DNA of 64,000 nucleotides, from the IMG/VR virus record IMGVR_UViG_3300013426_000013, positions 61,580 to 125,579 of that record; one strand, given 5' to 3'. Numbering within the stretch: position 1 is the stretch's first letter; every line of letters begins with the position of its first letter. The position numbers and the translations under genes are program-made. The stretch is from a virus (lineage: Duplodnaviria; Heunggongvirae; Uroviricota; Caudoviricetes). The notes below the pieces were generated by a model, which saw nothing but the letters and a program-made list of their open reading frames with translations, was not told where the DNA came from and searched no databases. Positions 1-8,859 of this stretch are shown here, piece after piece.

Positions 1-104
1 ATGACAGGCGTCGGTGTAATAAAATTAGAAAAGCGTTTGTAGGAAGAAAAACTGAAGCGTACAATGTAGGTAATGAACAATATGAAAATTTAACAATTGA
101 CGAT

Positions 105-329
105 GTGTATTTGCTTTACTATAACAGAAACCTTAATCAATACAGTTTTGTTTTTACATTCTCAAACGGTCACAGCACAACAGTCTTTTTGGATGGAACA
201 TTATATGATAACTTGAAACATGTTGATAGCAAACAGTTAGGAACGGTGGTTGTTCTTTTACATTCAGATCGTTTCGAACAGTACATTGTTTTAAATGATG
301 TCGGAAACACCTGTTTAAAAGAGATTTAA
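105..329 (+). CDS. small protein, C-terminal-motif (CTM) family member; ends VGNTCLKEI
   Basis: 74-aa ORF. C-terminal G at -8, L at -4 and hydrophobic at -1 match the family consensus shared with about 18 other ORFs in the window. Confidence 0.45.
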   Translation: MYLLYYNRNLNQYSFVFTFSNGHSTTVFLDGTLYDNLKHVDSKQLGTVVVLLHSDRFEQYIVLNDVGNTCLKEI

Positions 330-419
330 ATTTTGATATCTTTTAAAGTTAAATATTTTATACATAGGGTGTTGTAAGGTATGATATATTTTGCTTAACA
401 ATCAGAAAGATGTTTTGAG

Positions 420-773
420 ATGATTGAAGATGGTATTAATGGTATTATAAAGAAAGTGTCCGATTGGTTTGTAGGTCGAACGGTTAATATACCTGATTGC
501 AACAAAACTTTAACGATTCATGTGAATGAGTTTATTCCTTCAGATACATTCCTTCAGTTTGATGGTCTTTATTTACATTTTTATGGTAAAGATATAAACA
601 ATAATGAAGAGAAAATTCGTTTAATTTTGTTTGTTGATATAGATCTTTTTGATGCTGTAGGATCAACAAACAGTAAATTCTTTAGGTGTTCAAAGAGATT
701 TGTTGCTTTTTTAGGCTATAGACTTTTCTTTGAGCTCGCTGATTTAAATGAAGAGTGTCTTGAAAGTATTTGA
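420..773 (+). CDS. small protein, CTM-family-like; ends NEECLESI
   Basis: 117-aa ORF on the same strand. The C-terminal L-E-S-I tail resembles the family but the G is absent. Confidence 0.4.
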   Translation: MIEDGINGIIKKVSDWFVGRTVNIPDCNKTLTIHVNEFIPSDTFLQFDGLYLHFYGKDINNNEEKIRLILFVDIDLFDAVGSTNSKFFRCSKRFVAFLGYRLFFELADLNEECLESI

Positions 774-785
774 AAAGGTTATTCT

Positions 786-1151
786 ATGCAGTTTAAACAT
801 ACTAATAAGGACATTATTGATAAATGTGAAGCTATCCTTTTAAAGGTTGTAAACATTAATGATATTCATTATAGTAATGACATGTTTTCAGCCGGGAGAA
901 TTTCAACGATATCTGATCCACCGTATAGAAAAAAAGAAAAAGGTATATATTTGTTTGTAAATGCAACAAGACATTCAACAAATAAAAAAGATTCAGTGTT
1001 GTGTATTTACGTTTGTAACGAGTTATTAGAACTAGACAAACAAGAAATAATCAATAAACAATTTAAAATTGAGAATATAAAGAGTAACTTGTTAAATTAT
1101 TTGAATGTTTTCGAAATTGATATTGGTGAATCTGTTTTGGAATCTTTTTAA
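786..1151 (+). CDS. small protein, CTM family; ends DIGESVLESF
   Basis: 121-aa ORF with the canonical DIGE-x-VLE-x-hydrophobic C-terminus. Confidence 0.55.
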   Translation: MQFKHTNKDIIDKCEAILLKVVNINDIHYSNDMFSAGRISTISDPPYRKKEKGIYLFVNATRHSTNKKDSVLCIYVCNELLELDKQEIINKQFKIENIKSNLLNYLNVFEIDIGESVLESF

Positions 1152-1522
1152 TGTGTGGAAGTGTAATGAAAGAAGTAGCAGACCCTTTTATATCACATAA
1201 TTTTAAACCTTTTTACTTACCATGGGATATTAGAATAGCTTTAGAAGACAATTTAGAAGGTTTAATTGTGCCATGTGAAAAGAATGAAGCAACAATATTT
1301 ATTCATTTTTATTTTCATATGCAGACTTTCGAAGGTTTAGATAACGATATCATTGTACGTGCTTTTGTAAATGCTGATGGTCATTATCAAGAAAAAACAT
1401 TTTATTTAGAAAAGACTTTGTTTGATTTCATAAAAGATAAAGTCAATATGGGTTTATACATCACAAAAGATTGTCAAATAAAATCATCTTTAATAGGTGA
1501 GTTTTTAACCTATGATATTTAG
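1151..1522 (+). CDS. small hypothetical protein, weak CTM-like end IGEFLTYDI
   Basis: 123-aa ORF whose start overlaps the previous stop (TAATG). The IGE tail is present but the spacing is shifted. Confidence 0.4.
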   Translation: MCGSVMKEVADPFISHNFKPFYLPWDIRIALEDNLEGLIVPCEKNEATIFIHFYFHMQTFEGLDNDIIVRAFVNADGHYQEKTFYLEKTLFDFIKDKVNMGLYITKDCQIKSSLIGEFLTYDI

Positions 1523-1525
1523 TTG

Positions 1526-1554
1526 TTGACATTTTCTTTTTAACGTTATACAAT
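1526..1554 (+). promoter_or_regulatory. sigma70-like promoter TTGACA-N17-TACAAT
   Basis: TTGACA at 1526-1531, a 17-nt spacer and TACAAT at 1549-1554, about 27 nt upstream of the RBS/ATG of the 1581 gene. Confidence 0.5.
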
Positions 1555-1580
1555 GTTTATATAATTCTTAAAGGTGAACT

Positions 1581-1907
1581 ATGTCGCAAATAATAAACCT
1601 ACCTAATGAGAAGTTTAATCAGTTAACAGATCAGTTGTATAATCTTAAATTTGAAACTGAACGTGGTATCTTTGCAATAGATAGTTATTTTGGGTTTACT
1701 CTATATGAAACATTTGATGAAAACTTTTATTTATTGAAGGTTATAGCAGCAAAAGAAAGTGTAACGAATGAACCTGTTTCAATGTATAACCACACTTTTA
1801 AACTTTTAAAATCTATTGTTGATAGCGACAAGGTACAAAAGTTATTCATAAAGGACATGACAATATACCCTGAAAACTTTGGCGAAACTATATTGCAGAC
1901 ACTTTAG
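1581..1907 (+). CDS. small protein, CTM family; ends FGETILQTL
   Basis: 108-aa ORF with a good RBS (AAGGTGAA). The C-terminus has G at -8, L at -4 and L at -1. Confidence 0.5.
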   Translation: MSQIINLPNEKFNQLTDQLYNLKFETERGIFAIDSYFGFTLYETFDENFYLLKVIAAKESVTNEPVSMYNHTFKLLKSIVDSDKVQKLFIKDMTIYPENFGETILQTL

Positions 1908-1972
1908 TTTGATTGACTGAATTATTCTTTCATATTGTTATAAAAATTATATTTTGAAAAGGAACGAATTAC

Positions 1973-2281
1973 ATGACTAATTTTGTAGCTTTTAATGGTA
2001 AAACTCTTAAGACAATCTGTAAAGAATTAGGGTTGAACTATACAACTGTTACTCAACGAAGAATGAAGAATCCAGGAAAACCCTTGGAAGCATATCTTTA
2101 TCCTGTTAGAAAGAATCGTGGTGGCAATTGTCGTGCTGATTACTTGACTAATGATGGTAAACCTATGTATCAACTATTTAAAAATAGTAAATCACAATAT
2201 TCAAAAATGCTCTACTTAATGGGGAAGAAGAAATTAAGCTTTGATGAAGCTTATTCTATCGTGATGAAAGAAAACAAGTAA
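1973..2281 (+). CDS. hypothetical basic protein
   Basis: 102-aa ORF with an AAGGAA RBS. No recognisable motif. Confidence 0.4.
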   Translation: MTNFVAFNGKTLKTICKELGLNYTTVTQRRMKNPGKPLEAYLYPVRKNRGGNCRADYLTNDGKPMYQLFKNSKSQYSKMLYLMGKKKLSFDEAYSIVMKENK

Positions 2282-2619
2282 TGCCATATACTTCGTACAT
2301 TTTTGAAGAATTGTCTGTAACTAAAGCTGTTGAGTTTAAGAATGCGTTAATAGGTACGAAGTTTTATTATCGTAATACGTTATATGAAATTATTGGTTTA
2401 GAAAATTGTCTTTATTCATTGCACGGGACTGAACCATGGTCTATAAAAGTTAAAGCAATTGCTAAAGTTGATGGCATTTCATTAACTAAAGAATTTAGAT
2501 TTGATATATCTGAACATTTAATCAACAATGAACTTGACTATAAAAGTATGCAGTTTGCAATTGTAAATGGTGAAATTGTTCAAACTGATGTAGGTCAAGA
2601 AGTTTTAAATAACATATAA
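2281..2619 (+). CDS. small protein, CTM family; ends VGQEVLNNI
   Basis: 112-aa ORF with the C-terminal motif at the canonical spacing. Confidence 0.5.
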   Translation: MPYTSYIFEELSVTKAVEFKNALIGTKFYYRNTLYEIIGLENCLYSLHGTEPWSIKVKAIAKVDGISLTKEFRFDISEHLINNELDYKSMQFAIVNGEIVQTDVGQEVLNNI

Positions 2620-2623
2620 TGAA

Positions 2624-2656
2624 AAAGCGGTAGACATAACAACCTACCGCTTTACA
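2624..2656. terminator. bidirectional rho-independent terminator
   Basis: AAGCGGTAG ... CTACCGCTT hairpin followed by a T-run, lying between convergent genes (+ gene ending 2619, - gene ending 2682). Confidence 0.55.
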
Positions 2657-2681
2657 AATTTATATGTGAATATATTTATAC

Positions 2682-3572
2682 TTATTCTTTTTCAACAGCA
2701 CCATGTTGAATCAGATAATCCTTAATTTCATCATTATGTGTGAGTGATAGAATAGATGCGCCATCATTTGTAACAGCATTGACATCAGCACCATGTTCAA
2801 CTAAAATTTTGATAACATTTAAATTTGATGAAATGCAAGCACAGGCTAAAGGTGTGAATCCAGCAATTGAAGTAGCATTAACATCAGCACCTTTATCAAG
2901 CAACATATCAATAATATCAAGGTGACCTTCACGACTAGCAAAAATTAAAGGTGTGTCACCTTCCCATTCAGTATTATTAATATCAGCACCTAATTCAAGC
3001 GCTTTAACAGCTAGATCTAATTTATCAGAAATACAACTTCCTGTTAATAGACGATTAGCGTCATGTACAATAGCACCATGAAAAACTAAAGATTCAATAA
3101 TGTCATATACATGTTCAAAAGCACCTTCGTCTAAAAGAATATCAAGCGCAGTTTTTCCATCTTTATCTGTAATGTTTGGATCGGCACCATGTTCAAGTAA
3201 CCAATCGATTGTACTTAAATTAGCGTAATTTAAGCAAGACAAATACAGAATTGTTTCGCCATTGTTTGATTTGATATTGACATCGGCACCGTGTTCAACA
3301 AGTAATTGAGCAAGTTCAAGGTTATCTTGATAGATAGCACGAAACAATGGTGTTTCGCCATAGTAATCCGTAACGTTGACATCAATAGAAGGATCAGCTA
3401 AAACTTCTTTAACTAAATTAATATCACCGGAAAACAGTTTTACTTTTGTATTTTCCGATTCACCTTCTTCTATTAACTTTACAACGCTTTCTTTTAGTTT
3501 TTGATTAACTGTACGTCTAAAAGATTTAATCAATACTTCATCATCAATCATGTGTTTAGATTCCTTTATCAA
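2682..3572 (-). CDS. ankyrin-repeat protein
   Basis: 296 aa with at least 6 tandem ~33-aa repeats carrying G-(A)-D-V-N and T-P-L-x-x-A signatures (for example GADVNIKSNNGETILYLS, GADVNATSIAGFTPLACA). Confidence 0.8.
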   Translation of the reverse strand: MIKESKHMIDDEVLIKSFRRTVNQKLKESVVKLIEEGESENTKVKLFSGDINLVKEVLADPSIDVNVTDYYGETPLFRAIYQDNLELAQLLVEHGADVNIKSNNGETILYLSCLNYANLSTIDWLLEHGADPNITDKDGKTALDILLDEGAFEHVYDIIESLVFHGAIVHDANRLLTGSCISDKLDLAVKALELGADINNTEWEGDTPLIFASREGHLDIIDMLLDKGADVNATSIAGFTPLACACISSNLNVIKILVEHGADVNAVTNDGASILSLTHNDEIKDYLIQHGAVEKE

Positions 3573-4072
3573 TAAAATGATGCAATTTTTGGTGATAATG
3601 TTTTTAAATATTTAGGATCAACAATGTCAATCATGTTAACTTTTTTGAGCAGACTGTAAGGTGATGACCAAACGTTTTCTTGACTATATAAATCAGCACC
3701 ATGACTTAAAAGATAATTGATTTTATCTTTAGCATCATCAATATCTTCTTGCGTTGTGTGTTTATCTAAACTATCAACAAAGTTTTTTGTTATCATTTGT
3801 AAAACTTTATTCATACGTTCATTGTCAAAATAAGCAGGATAATGTTTAAGAAGCAGATCAGCAACATCAAAAGCTTTACTTTCAAAACATATAGCAAAAG
3901 CAATGCGACTATCTATTCCGAAATCTTTTGGATGCTGTTCCTCAAAGTTTTTAATGTCATCAACAGACATTGTTTCTACTGTAACAAATTCACGTTCAAC
4001 AAGTTTAGATAGTTTGTTCTGAATAACTTGCTTAAAGTCTTCAAACAGTGTTTCTTTACTAGACATTGACAA
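3569..4072 (-). CDS. hypothetical protein with ankyrin-like C-terminal segment
   Basis: 167 aa, overlapping the downstream ankyrin gene by 4 nt (operon-like). The C-terminal LLSHGADLY resembles one ankyrin repeat. Confidence 0.5.
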   Translation of the reverse strand: MSMSSKETLFEDFKQVIQNKLSKLVEREFVTVETMSVDDIKNFEEQHPKDFGIDSRIAFAICFESKAFDVADLLLKHYPAYFDNERMNKVLQMITKNFVDSLDKHTTQEDIDDAKDKINYLLSHGADLYSQENVWSSPYSLLKKVNMIDIVDPKYLKTLSPKIASFY

Positions 4073-4096
4073 CCTAATATTTATATGTTATGTTAC
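4068..4096 (+). promoter_or_regulatory. sigma70-like promoter TTGACA-N17-TATGTT
   Basis: TTGACA at 4068-4073 and TATGTT at 4091-4096, upstream of the 4133 gene. Confidence 0.4.
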
Positions 4097-4132
4097 ATGT
4101 CTTAAAGAACGATTATGTGGAAGGTAGTTTAG

Positions 4133-4492
4133 ATGCCTAATTTAGAAGAAAAATGTCTAAAGATAATGTTGAATAATTTTGTGAAAAATGATTGGTTTGT
4201 AAACTTAACATCTGAACAACAAACTAAAATGACATGTCTGTTAAATAAAGTTGTTAACAAAGATTATGGTTTAGATGTGGAAATCAAGAAGGTCATTTCA
4301 CAACCAACCTTTACCTTTATCAATTTAATTTGTTTTACAATAACATTAAAAAATAATGAACAGTTAACAATTTATGTTTCAGATGATATTAAAAAATATA
4401 AAGATAGATTAGATTGTATATGTTTAAAAAGAGTTAAAGACAATGAGTTTAATGTTGCGGATATCGGCGAGTCAGTTTTAAAAGAGTTATAA
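4133..4492 (+). CDS. small protein, CTM family; ends DIGESVLKEL
   Basis: 119 aa with a canonical C-terminus and an RBS GGAAGG. Confidence 0.6.
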   Translation: MPNLEEKCLKIMLNNFVKNDWFVNLTSEQQTKMTCLLNKVVNKDYGLDVEIKKVISQPTFTFINLICFTITLKNNEQLTIYVSDDIKKYKDRLDCICLKRVKDNEFNVADIGESVLKEL

Positions 4493-4493
4493 C

Positions 4494-4829
4494 ATGAGTT
4501 GTTTTGATAAATTATCAAAAGAGCAATTATATGATTTCATTGATGTTTTCGATGAGTTGATTTTAAAAGAATTCAAATGGTGTCGAGCATATGATAAAGA
4601 GTCATTTATTAATGACTTTCTAGCAACTGTTCAAGAACTGGATGACGTTTATTGTTTTTATATTGATGTAAAAAGAAAAGGTGGTAAGAAAAGAAATTCG
4701 CAATTTTTCTATTTTGATAAATTATTTTTCAATAATTTAAATAATTTCCATAAACTTAAACTTAAGCGTGTTGATGAAACAACTTTTATGGTAGAAGATA
4801 TTGGTAATGAAACTTTAGAAGGAATTTAA
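4494..4829 (+). CDS. small protein, CTM family; ends DIGNETLEGI
   Basis: 111 aa with a canonical C-terminus, tightly packed with its neighbours. Confidence 0.6.
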   Translation: MSCFDKLSKEQLYDFIDVFDELILKEFKWCRAYDKESFINDFLATVQELDDVYCFYIDVKRKGGKKRNSQFFYFDKLFFNNLNNFHKLKLKRVDETTFMVEDIGNETLEGI

Positions 4830-4830
4830 A

Positions 4831-5199
4831 ATGCAATTACAAGTCGGGATTGGTTTAGATAGTGTTGTTAAAAAAGCACAAGATTTAGTTGAACAATCAT
4901 CACCTTTATATATTATGGACAATGGTGTTAAAAGGGTAGTATTAGGTGTTCATACAAAAATTAATTCCGGTTTGATTTTTGATGACGATTACTATTATAT
5001 TGATGTTGCAACGAAAATAGTAGGCGAAGATTATTTTCAAACAAAAGCAACAATTCGTATTGCTGTTGATAAAAAATTGATTGATGCTATTCATGACACT
5101 AAAAAATACAAAGCTAAATTTGTTTATAGGTTAAGCGCAATTTGTAGCCAAGAATTAGAAATTGTTGATATAGGTGAACGTGTTTTATCAAAAATCTAG
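4831..5199 (+). CDS. small protein, CTM family; ends DIGERVLSKI
   Basis: 122 aa with a canonical C-terminus. Confidence 0.6.
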   Translation: MQLQVGIGLDSVVKKAQDLVEQSSPLYIMDNGVKRVVLGVHTKINSGLIFDDDYYYIDVATKIVGEDYFQTKATIRIAVDKKLIDAIHDTKKYKAKFVYRLSAICSQELEIVDIGERVLSKI

Positions 5200-5228
5200 T
5201 TGACATATATTAGTCATTGTTGTAACAT
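5200..5228 (+). promoter_or_regulatory. sigma70-like promoter TTGACA-N17-TAACAT
   Basis: TTGACA at 5200-5205, upstream of the 5327 gene. Confidence 0.4.
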
Positions 5229-5326
5229 ATCTTTAGAGAATAAACAATGAGTACAAATGATGAACATTAAATTAAAGATTGAAGATTTACATTGTAGACT
5301 TTATGATATTGGAGAAGAGTGTTTAG

Positions 5327-5716
5327 ATGCAGTTTGATTTATATAAAAACTCGAAACTTTTTAAAAATGTTCAACAGTTGTTTACAGTGGCTAAAGGTTT
5401 GGCTGTCAGGTGTGAAGATAATACTTTTGTCATTTTAAAGTTTCGAGAAAAAGGATATGGTTTTCAGATAAATGTGAATGGTGTTTTATGGGTAGGATTT
5501 CCTGTCGAATGCTTGAATTTTAACCCTCTTCTTCTTAACGAAGAAAAACCAATTGTTAATAACAATATCTTTTGTTTAGCGAGTTGGATTGAAAAAACTT
5601 CTGAATTCAAAAAAGAAAATCTTGAATTCTTTCAAATGAACAGTACGGATGCTTTAGACAATAAATTAGTTATTCAAGATAAATCAATTGGTGCTGTTAC
5701 ATTAAACAATATTTAA
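5327..5716 (+). CDS. small protein, CTM family; ends IGAVTLNNI
   Basis: 129 aa with G at -8, L at -4 and I at -1. Confidence 0.5.
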   Translation: MQFDLYKNSKLFKNVQQLFTVAKGLAVRCEDNTFVILKFREKGYGFQINVNGVLWVGFPVECLNFNPLLLNEEKPIVNNNIFCLASWIEKTSEFKKENLEFFQMNSTDALDNKLVIQDKSIGAVTLNNI

Positions 5717-5719
5717 TGG

Positions 5720-5748
5720 TTGACATTTTTATAAATTTGTCATACAAT
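5720..5748 (+). promoter_or_regulatory. sigma70-like promoter TTGACA-N17-TACAAT
   Basis: TTGACA at 5720-5725 and TACAAT at 5743-5748, upstream of the 5788/6009 operon. Confidence 0.5.
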
Positions 5749-5787
5749 ATGTTGTAAGAAATAAAAACATATTGCTAAAGGTGCTTC

Positions 5788-6009
5788 ATGATTACAGCTG
5801 ATAAATCACATAAAGTTTTTGACAACAGCGGTTGGGTTCCTGTAAAAGATAGTGGTTGGATTATTTTACATAATGGATATGTTGTTTGCCAGAAATGTGG
5901 AAAAAAGACATCTCATAAATTATATTTAGGTGCCGAACATCACGATGATATTCATTGTCCAAATTGTGATAATGTAGTTATAGGATCAAATGGTTTGAAA
6001 GTACGCTAA
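5788..6009 (+). CDS. small zinc-ribbon protein
   Basis: 73 aa with CQKCGKK ... CPNCDN (two CxxC pairs). RBS AAAGGTG. Confidence 0.5.
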   Translation: MITADKSHKVFDNSGWVPVKDSGWIILHNGYVVCQKCGKKTSHKLYLGAEHHDDIHCPNCDNVVIGSNGLKVR

Positions 6010-8276
6010 TGAAATATTTAATCTTGCTTCGAGGACTTCCCGGGTCTGGCAAAAGTTATTGGGTAAAAGAAAACAAATTAGAAGATTATACTATTTCTTC
6101 TGATAATGTTCGTTTATTGTTTGCAACGCCATCTATCCCGTTTGCCGCATGTTATAAAGATAGAGGTATTTCACAAAAGAATGATAAAGACGTTTGGGAA
6201 CTCATTCATTCTTTAGTTGAACGTCGTTTAACGAACGGCATGACAACTATTGTTGATGCAACACATTTGACGGAAAAATCTATCAACTGCTATAAAAGCT
6301 TTTGTATGAATAATAATGTGCGTTGTATAGTGCTTGATTTTAATGTGAATGTTGAACAAGCTATAAACAATGATATGTTGCGTAAAGGTACATGTCGTTA
6401 TGTTGGCGAATATATCATCAAACGCATGAATGAAAATACCGAAAAGGTTTCTAAATGGGTTGATTATACAGATAAAGATCGTATTATAAAGATGTTTAAT
6501 GAATGTCTGGAACCTGTTGATTATAACGAAAAGTATGATAACATTGTAATCTTCGGTGATTTACACGGTTGTTATGAACCTTTAAAGCAGTGGTTTGATA
6601 AGCATCCTGTTAATGATAAAACTAAATATATCTTCTGTGGTGATTATGAAGATAGAGGTATTCAACATAAAGAGTTATTTGGTTTTCTTTTACAACATCG
6701 TAAAGATTTTAACTTTAAATTTTTAAAAGGAAATCATTCACGTCGTTTGTTGCAAATAGCTGAACGTGATAAAGATTCTATTCGATATCCGGAATACTAT
6801 AATACACTTGAACAGTTGAAAGATTTTGATCCTATTGAACTGAAAAAGTTTGTTCGGGATCAAGATGATATGATTTACTTCACATTTCGTAATAAAGTGT
6901 TTTGTGTATCACATGGTGGTATTAGTTGTTTACCGTCCTTGAAATTGAATAGTGATGAATACGTAAAAGGTCACGGTACATATCAAATGGCGCATCAAGT
7001 CGACGATGAGTTTTTGTTTAATGTCTCTATTGAGAATGACAACATTTATCAAGTACATGGCCATCGAAATGTAAATAACGAACCTGTTCAAGTAAATGAG
7101 CATTGCTTTAATCTAGAAGGTGGTATTGAATTTGGTGGTGAATTACGAATTCTTCAAATTAATAATAAAGGTGAATGTCATATACATACTATCAAGAATA
7201 CCGTGTTCAAACAATTGAATGATGATTCGAAGATTGTTAATGAGTTTAAGTATTCATCTTTAATTCGTAAATCTCAAAATCCTGACGGTATCAGTTCGTA
7301 TAATTTTAACCGTGATGCTTTTTATGACAAAAAGTGGAACAACTTGACATGTACAGCAAGAGGGTTGTTTGTATATGATGATACTGATAAAGTGGCATGT
7401 CGTTCGTTTAACAAATTTTTCAATCTCAATGAAGTAAAGACTTCTAGTCTAGATTGGGTTGTTAAGAATTGGCAAGGTATTACAAACGTTTATAAAAAGG
7501 AAAATGGTTATTTAGGAATCATTTCTGTTGATGTTCGTAATAACGAATTTATTTTTGCATCTAAAAGTCGTACTGATAAAGAGTATGCTTTAAATTTAAA
7601 ACGTATCTTTAATGATAAATTGTCGGATGAACAAAAAGATAATTTAAAAAAGTGGTTACTGAAAGATATAGATAAACATGGTGGTAATGCATATTCTTTA
7701 GTTGTTGAGGTTGTTGATCCTATAAACGATCCGCATATCATTAAATATGATAGTTGTGAATTGTTTATGCTTGAAGCTTTTGTTAATACGTTTAAAGAAG
7801 AAACAATTTCATATGACGCGTTAAAACAATTGCATGATTTAATTGGTTTAAAGATCAAGGGAAAGATTTGTGAAACATCAAATTTAAAATCAACAATTTA
7901 TGGTTTATGTAATTCAAAAGAACATGTTGAAGGTTTTGTTTTGGAAGGCTGTGACTTTAATGGAAAAGTGGTCAGGGTAAAAGTAAAAACAAAATATTAT
8001 TTGATGTGGAAGAAGTTTAGGTCGACAGGTTTGTTTGATAGAAGTTTTGATTGTGTAAACGGCTTAACAAATGAACAACAAGTGTTCGCTAAACAAATTT
8101 ATCTACGTGCAAAACAATTGATTGCTTTACAGGAAGGTCAAACTATTCAAACCAATGAGTTGATTAATGTAAATGCTGAAGTTGATAATTGCAATACATT
8201 AATCTATAAAGATTTGATTGGTGGGTGGCATATTAACATTCCTAAAGTAATTGAATTCGTAGAAAATATGAAATAG
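6009..8276 (+). CDS. pnkp: trifunctional polynucleotide kinase / 2',3'-phosphatase / RNA ligase (bacterial Pnkp-like RNA repair enzyme)
   Basis: 755 aa. N-terminal Walker A GLPGSGKS; central calcineurin-like metallophosphoesterase motifs GDLHG, GDYEDRG, GNHS; C-terminal nucleotidyltransferase motifs KENG (motif I lysine), EGFVLEG (IV), VKVKTK (V). The domain order matches Clostridium thermocellum Pnkp. Confidence 0.85.
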   Translation: MKYLILLRGLPGSGKSYWVKENKLEDYTISSDNVRLLFATPSIPFAACYKDRGISQKNDKDVWELIHSLVERRLTNGMTTIVDATHLTEKSINCYKSFCMNNNVRCIVLDFNVNVEQAINNDMLRKGTCRYVGEYIIKRMNENTEKVSKWVDYTDKDRIIKMFNECLEPVDYNEKYDNIVIFGDLHGCYEPLKQWFDKHPVNDKTKYIFCGDYEDRGIQHKELFGFLLQHRKDFNFKFLKGNHSRRLLQIAERDKDSIRYPEYYNTLEQLKDFDPIELKKFVRDQDDMIYFTFRNKVFCVSHGGISCLPSLKLNSDEYVKGHGTYQMAHQVDDEFLFNVSIENDNIYQVHGHRNVNNEPVQVNEHCFNLEGGIEFGGELRILQINNKGECHIHTIKNTVFKQLNDDSKIVNEFKYSSLIRKSQNPDGISSYNFNRDAFYDKKWNNLTCTARGLFVYDDTDKVACRSFNKFFNLNEVKTSSLDWVVKNWQGITNVYKKENGYLGIISVDVRNNEFIFASKSRTDKEYALNLKRIFNDKLSDEQKDNLKKWLLKDIDKHGGNAYSLVVEVVDPINDPHIIKYDSCELFMLEAFVNTFKEETISYDALKQLHDLIGLKIKGKICETSNLKSTIYGLCNSKEHVEGFVLEGCDFNGKVVRVKVKTKYYLMWKKFRSTGLFDRSFDCVNGLTNEQQVFAKQIYLRAKQLIALQEGQTIQTNELINVNAEVDNCNTLIYKDLIGGWHINIPKVIEFVENMK

Positions 8277-8281
8277 TTGAT

Positions 8282-8316
8282 AAAGGCAAGAGTTTAATTC
8301 CTTGCCTTTATTTTTA
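8282..8316 (+). terminator. rho-independent terminator
   Basis: AAAGGCAAG ... CTTGCCTTT hairpin plus a T-run immediately after the pnkp stop. Confidence 0.6.
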
Positions 8317-8327
8317 TAAAATATTTA

Positions 8328-8354
8328 TTGACATTGATTTGCGTTTAGTATAAA
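8328..8354 (+). promoter_or_regulatory. sigma70-like promoter TTGACA ... TATAAA
   Basis: TTGACA at 8328-8333, a 15-nt spacer and TATAAA, upstream of the 8384 operon. Confidence 0.4.
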
Positions 8355-8383
8355 GTTGTTGTAAATTAAATGAAAGGAAAAAT

Positions 8384-8581
8384 ATGATAACGATTTTTTG
8401 TGCATTTATAGGTTTTTTGTTTTCAGCTTTTGGCTACAACGTAATTGAGAATACAACAGCAATTCTTTTGTCTTTTCTGTTTGAAGTGGCTTTTGAGGTT
8501 GTAATTGGTGCAATTTATGTTATAGTAAAAGGTGAACGTGAATTGAAGAAACCTGATTGTTTCTTTTACAATAACAAATAA
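8384..8581 (+). CDS. small membrane protein
   Basis: 65 aa with two hydrophobic helices. RBS GAAAGGAAA. Confidence 0.4.
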   Translation: MITIFCAFIGFLFSAFGYNVIENTTAILLSFLFEVAFEVVIGAIYVIVKGERELKKPDCFFYNNK

Positions 8582-8595
8582 CTAATAGGTCTTAA

Positions 8596-8853
8596 ATGTT
8601 TACAGATAAAACAGAAACGCACGAATGTAATTGTTTCACTTGCAAAAATAAAGACAACGTTGATTCGTTGGTTGGATATTATACAGGATGTTTTGATGCA
8701 TTAAAAGAAGCAATTGAGTTGACAAAAGAATGTCAATGTGATAATAGGTTTGATAAAGATTTAGCATTTAAGTCTTTATTGGCAAAACTGAATTACGAAC
8801 TTGAATGTAATGGTGTTTTGTTGGAAGAAGTTGAGTTGAAAAAGAAAGGTTAA
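8596..8853 (+). CDS. small Cys-rich protein
   Basis: 85 aa with CNCFTCKNKDN ... CQCDN ... CNG cysteine spacing suggestive of metal binding. Confidence 0.4.
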   Translation: MFTDKTETHECNCFTCKNKDNVDSLVGYYTGCFDALKEAIELTKECQCDNRFDKDLAFKSLLAKLNYELECNGVLLEEVELKKKG

Positions 8854-8859
8854 GAAATT

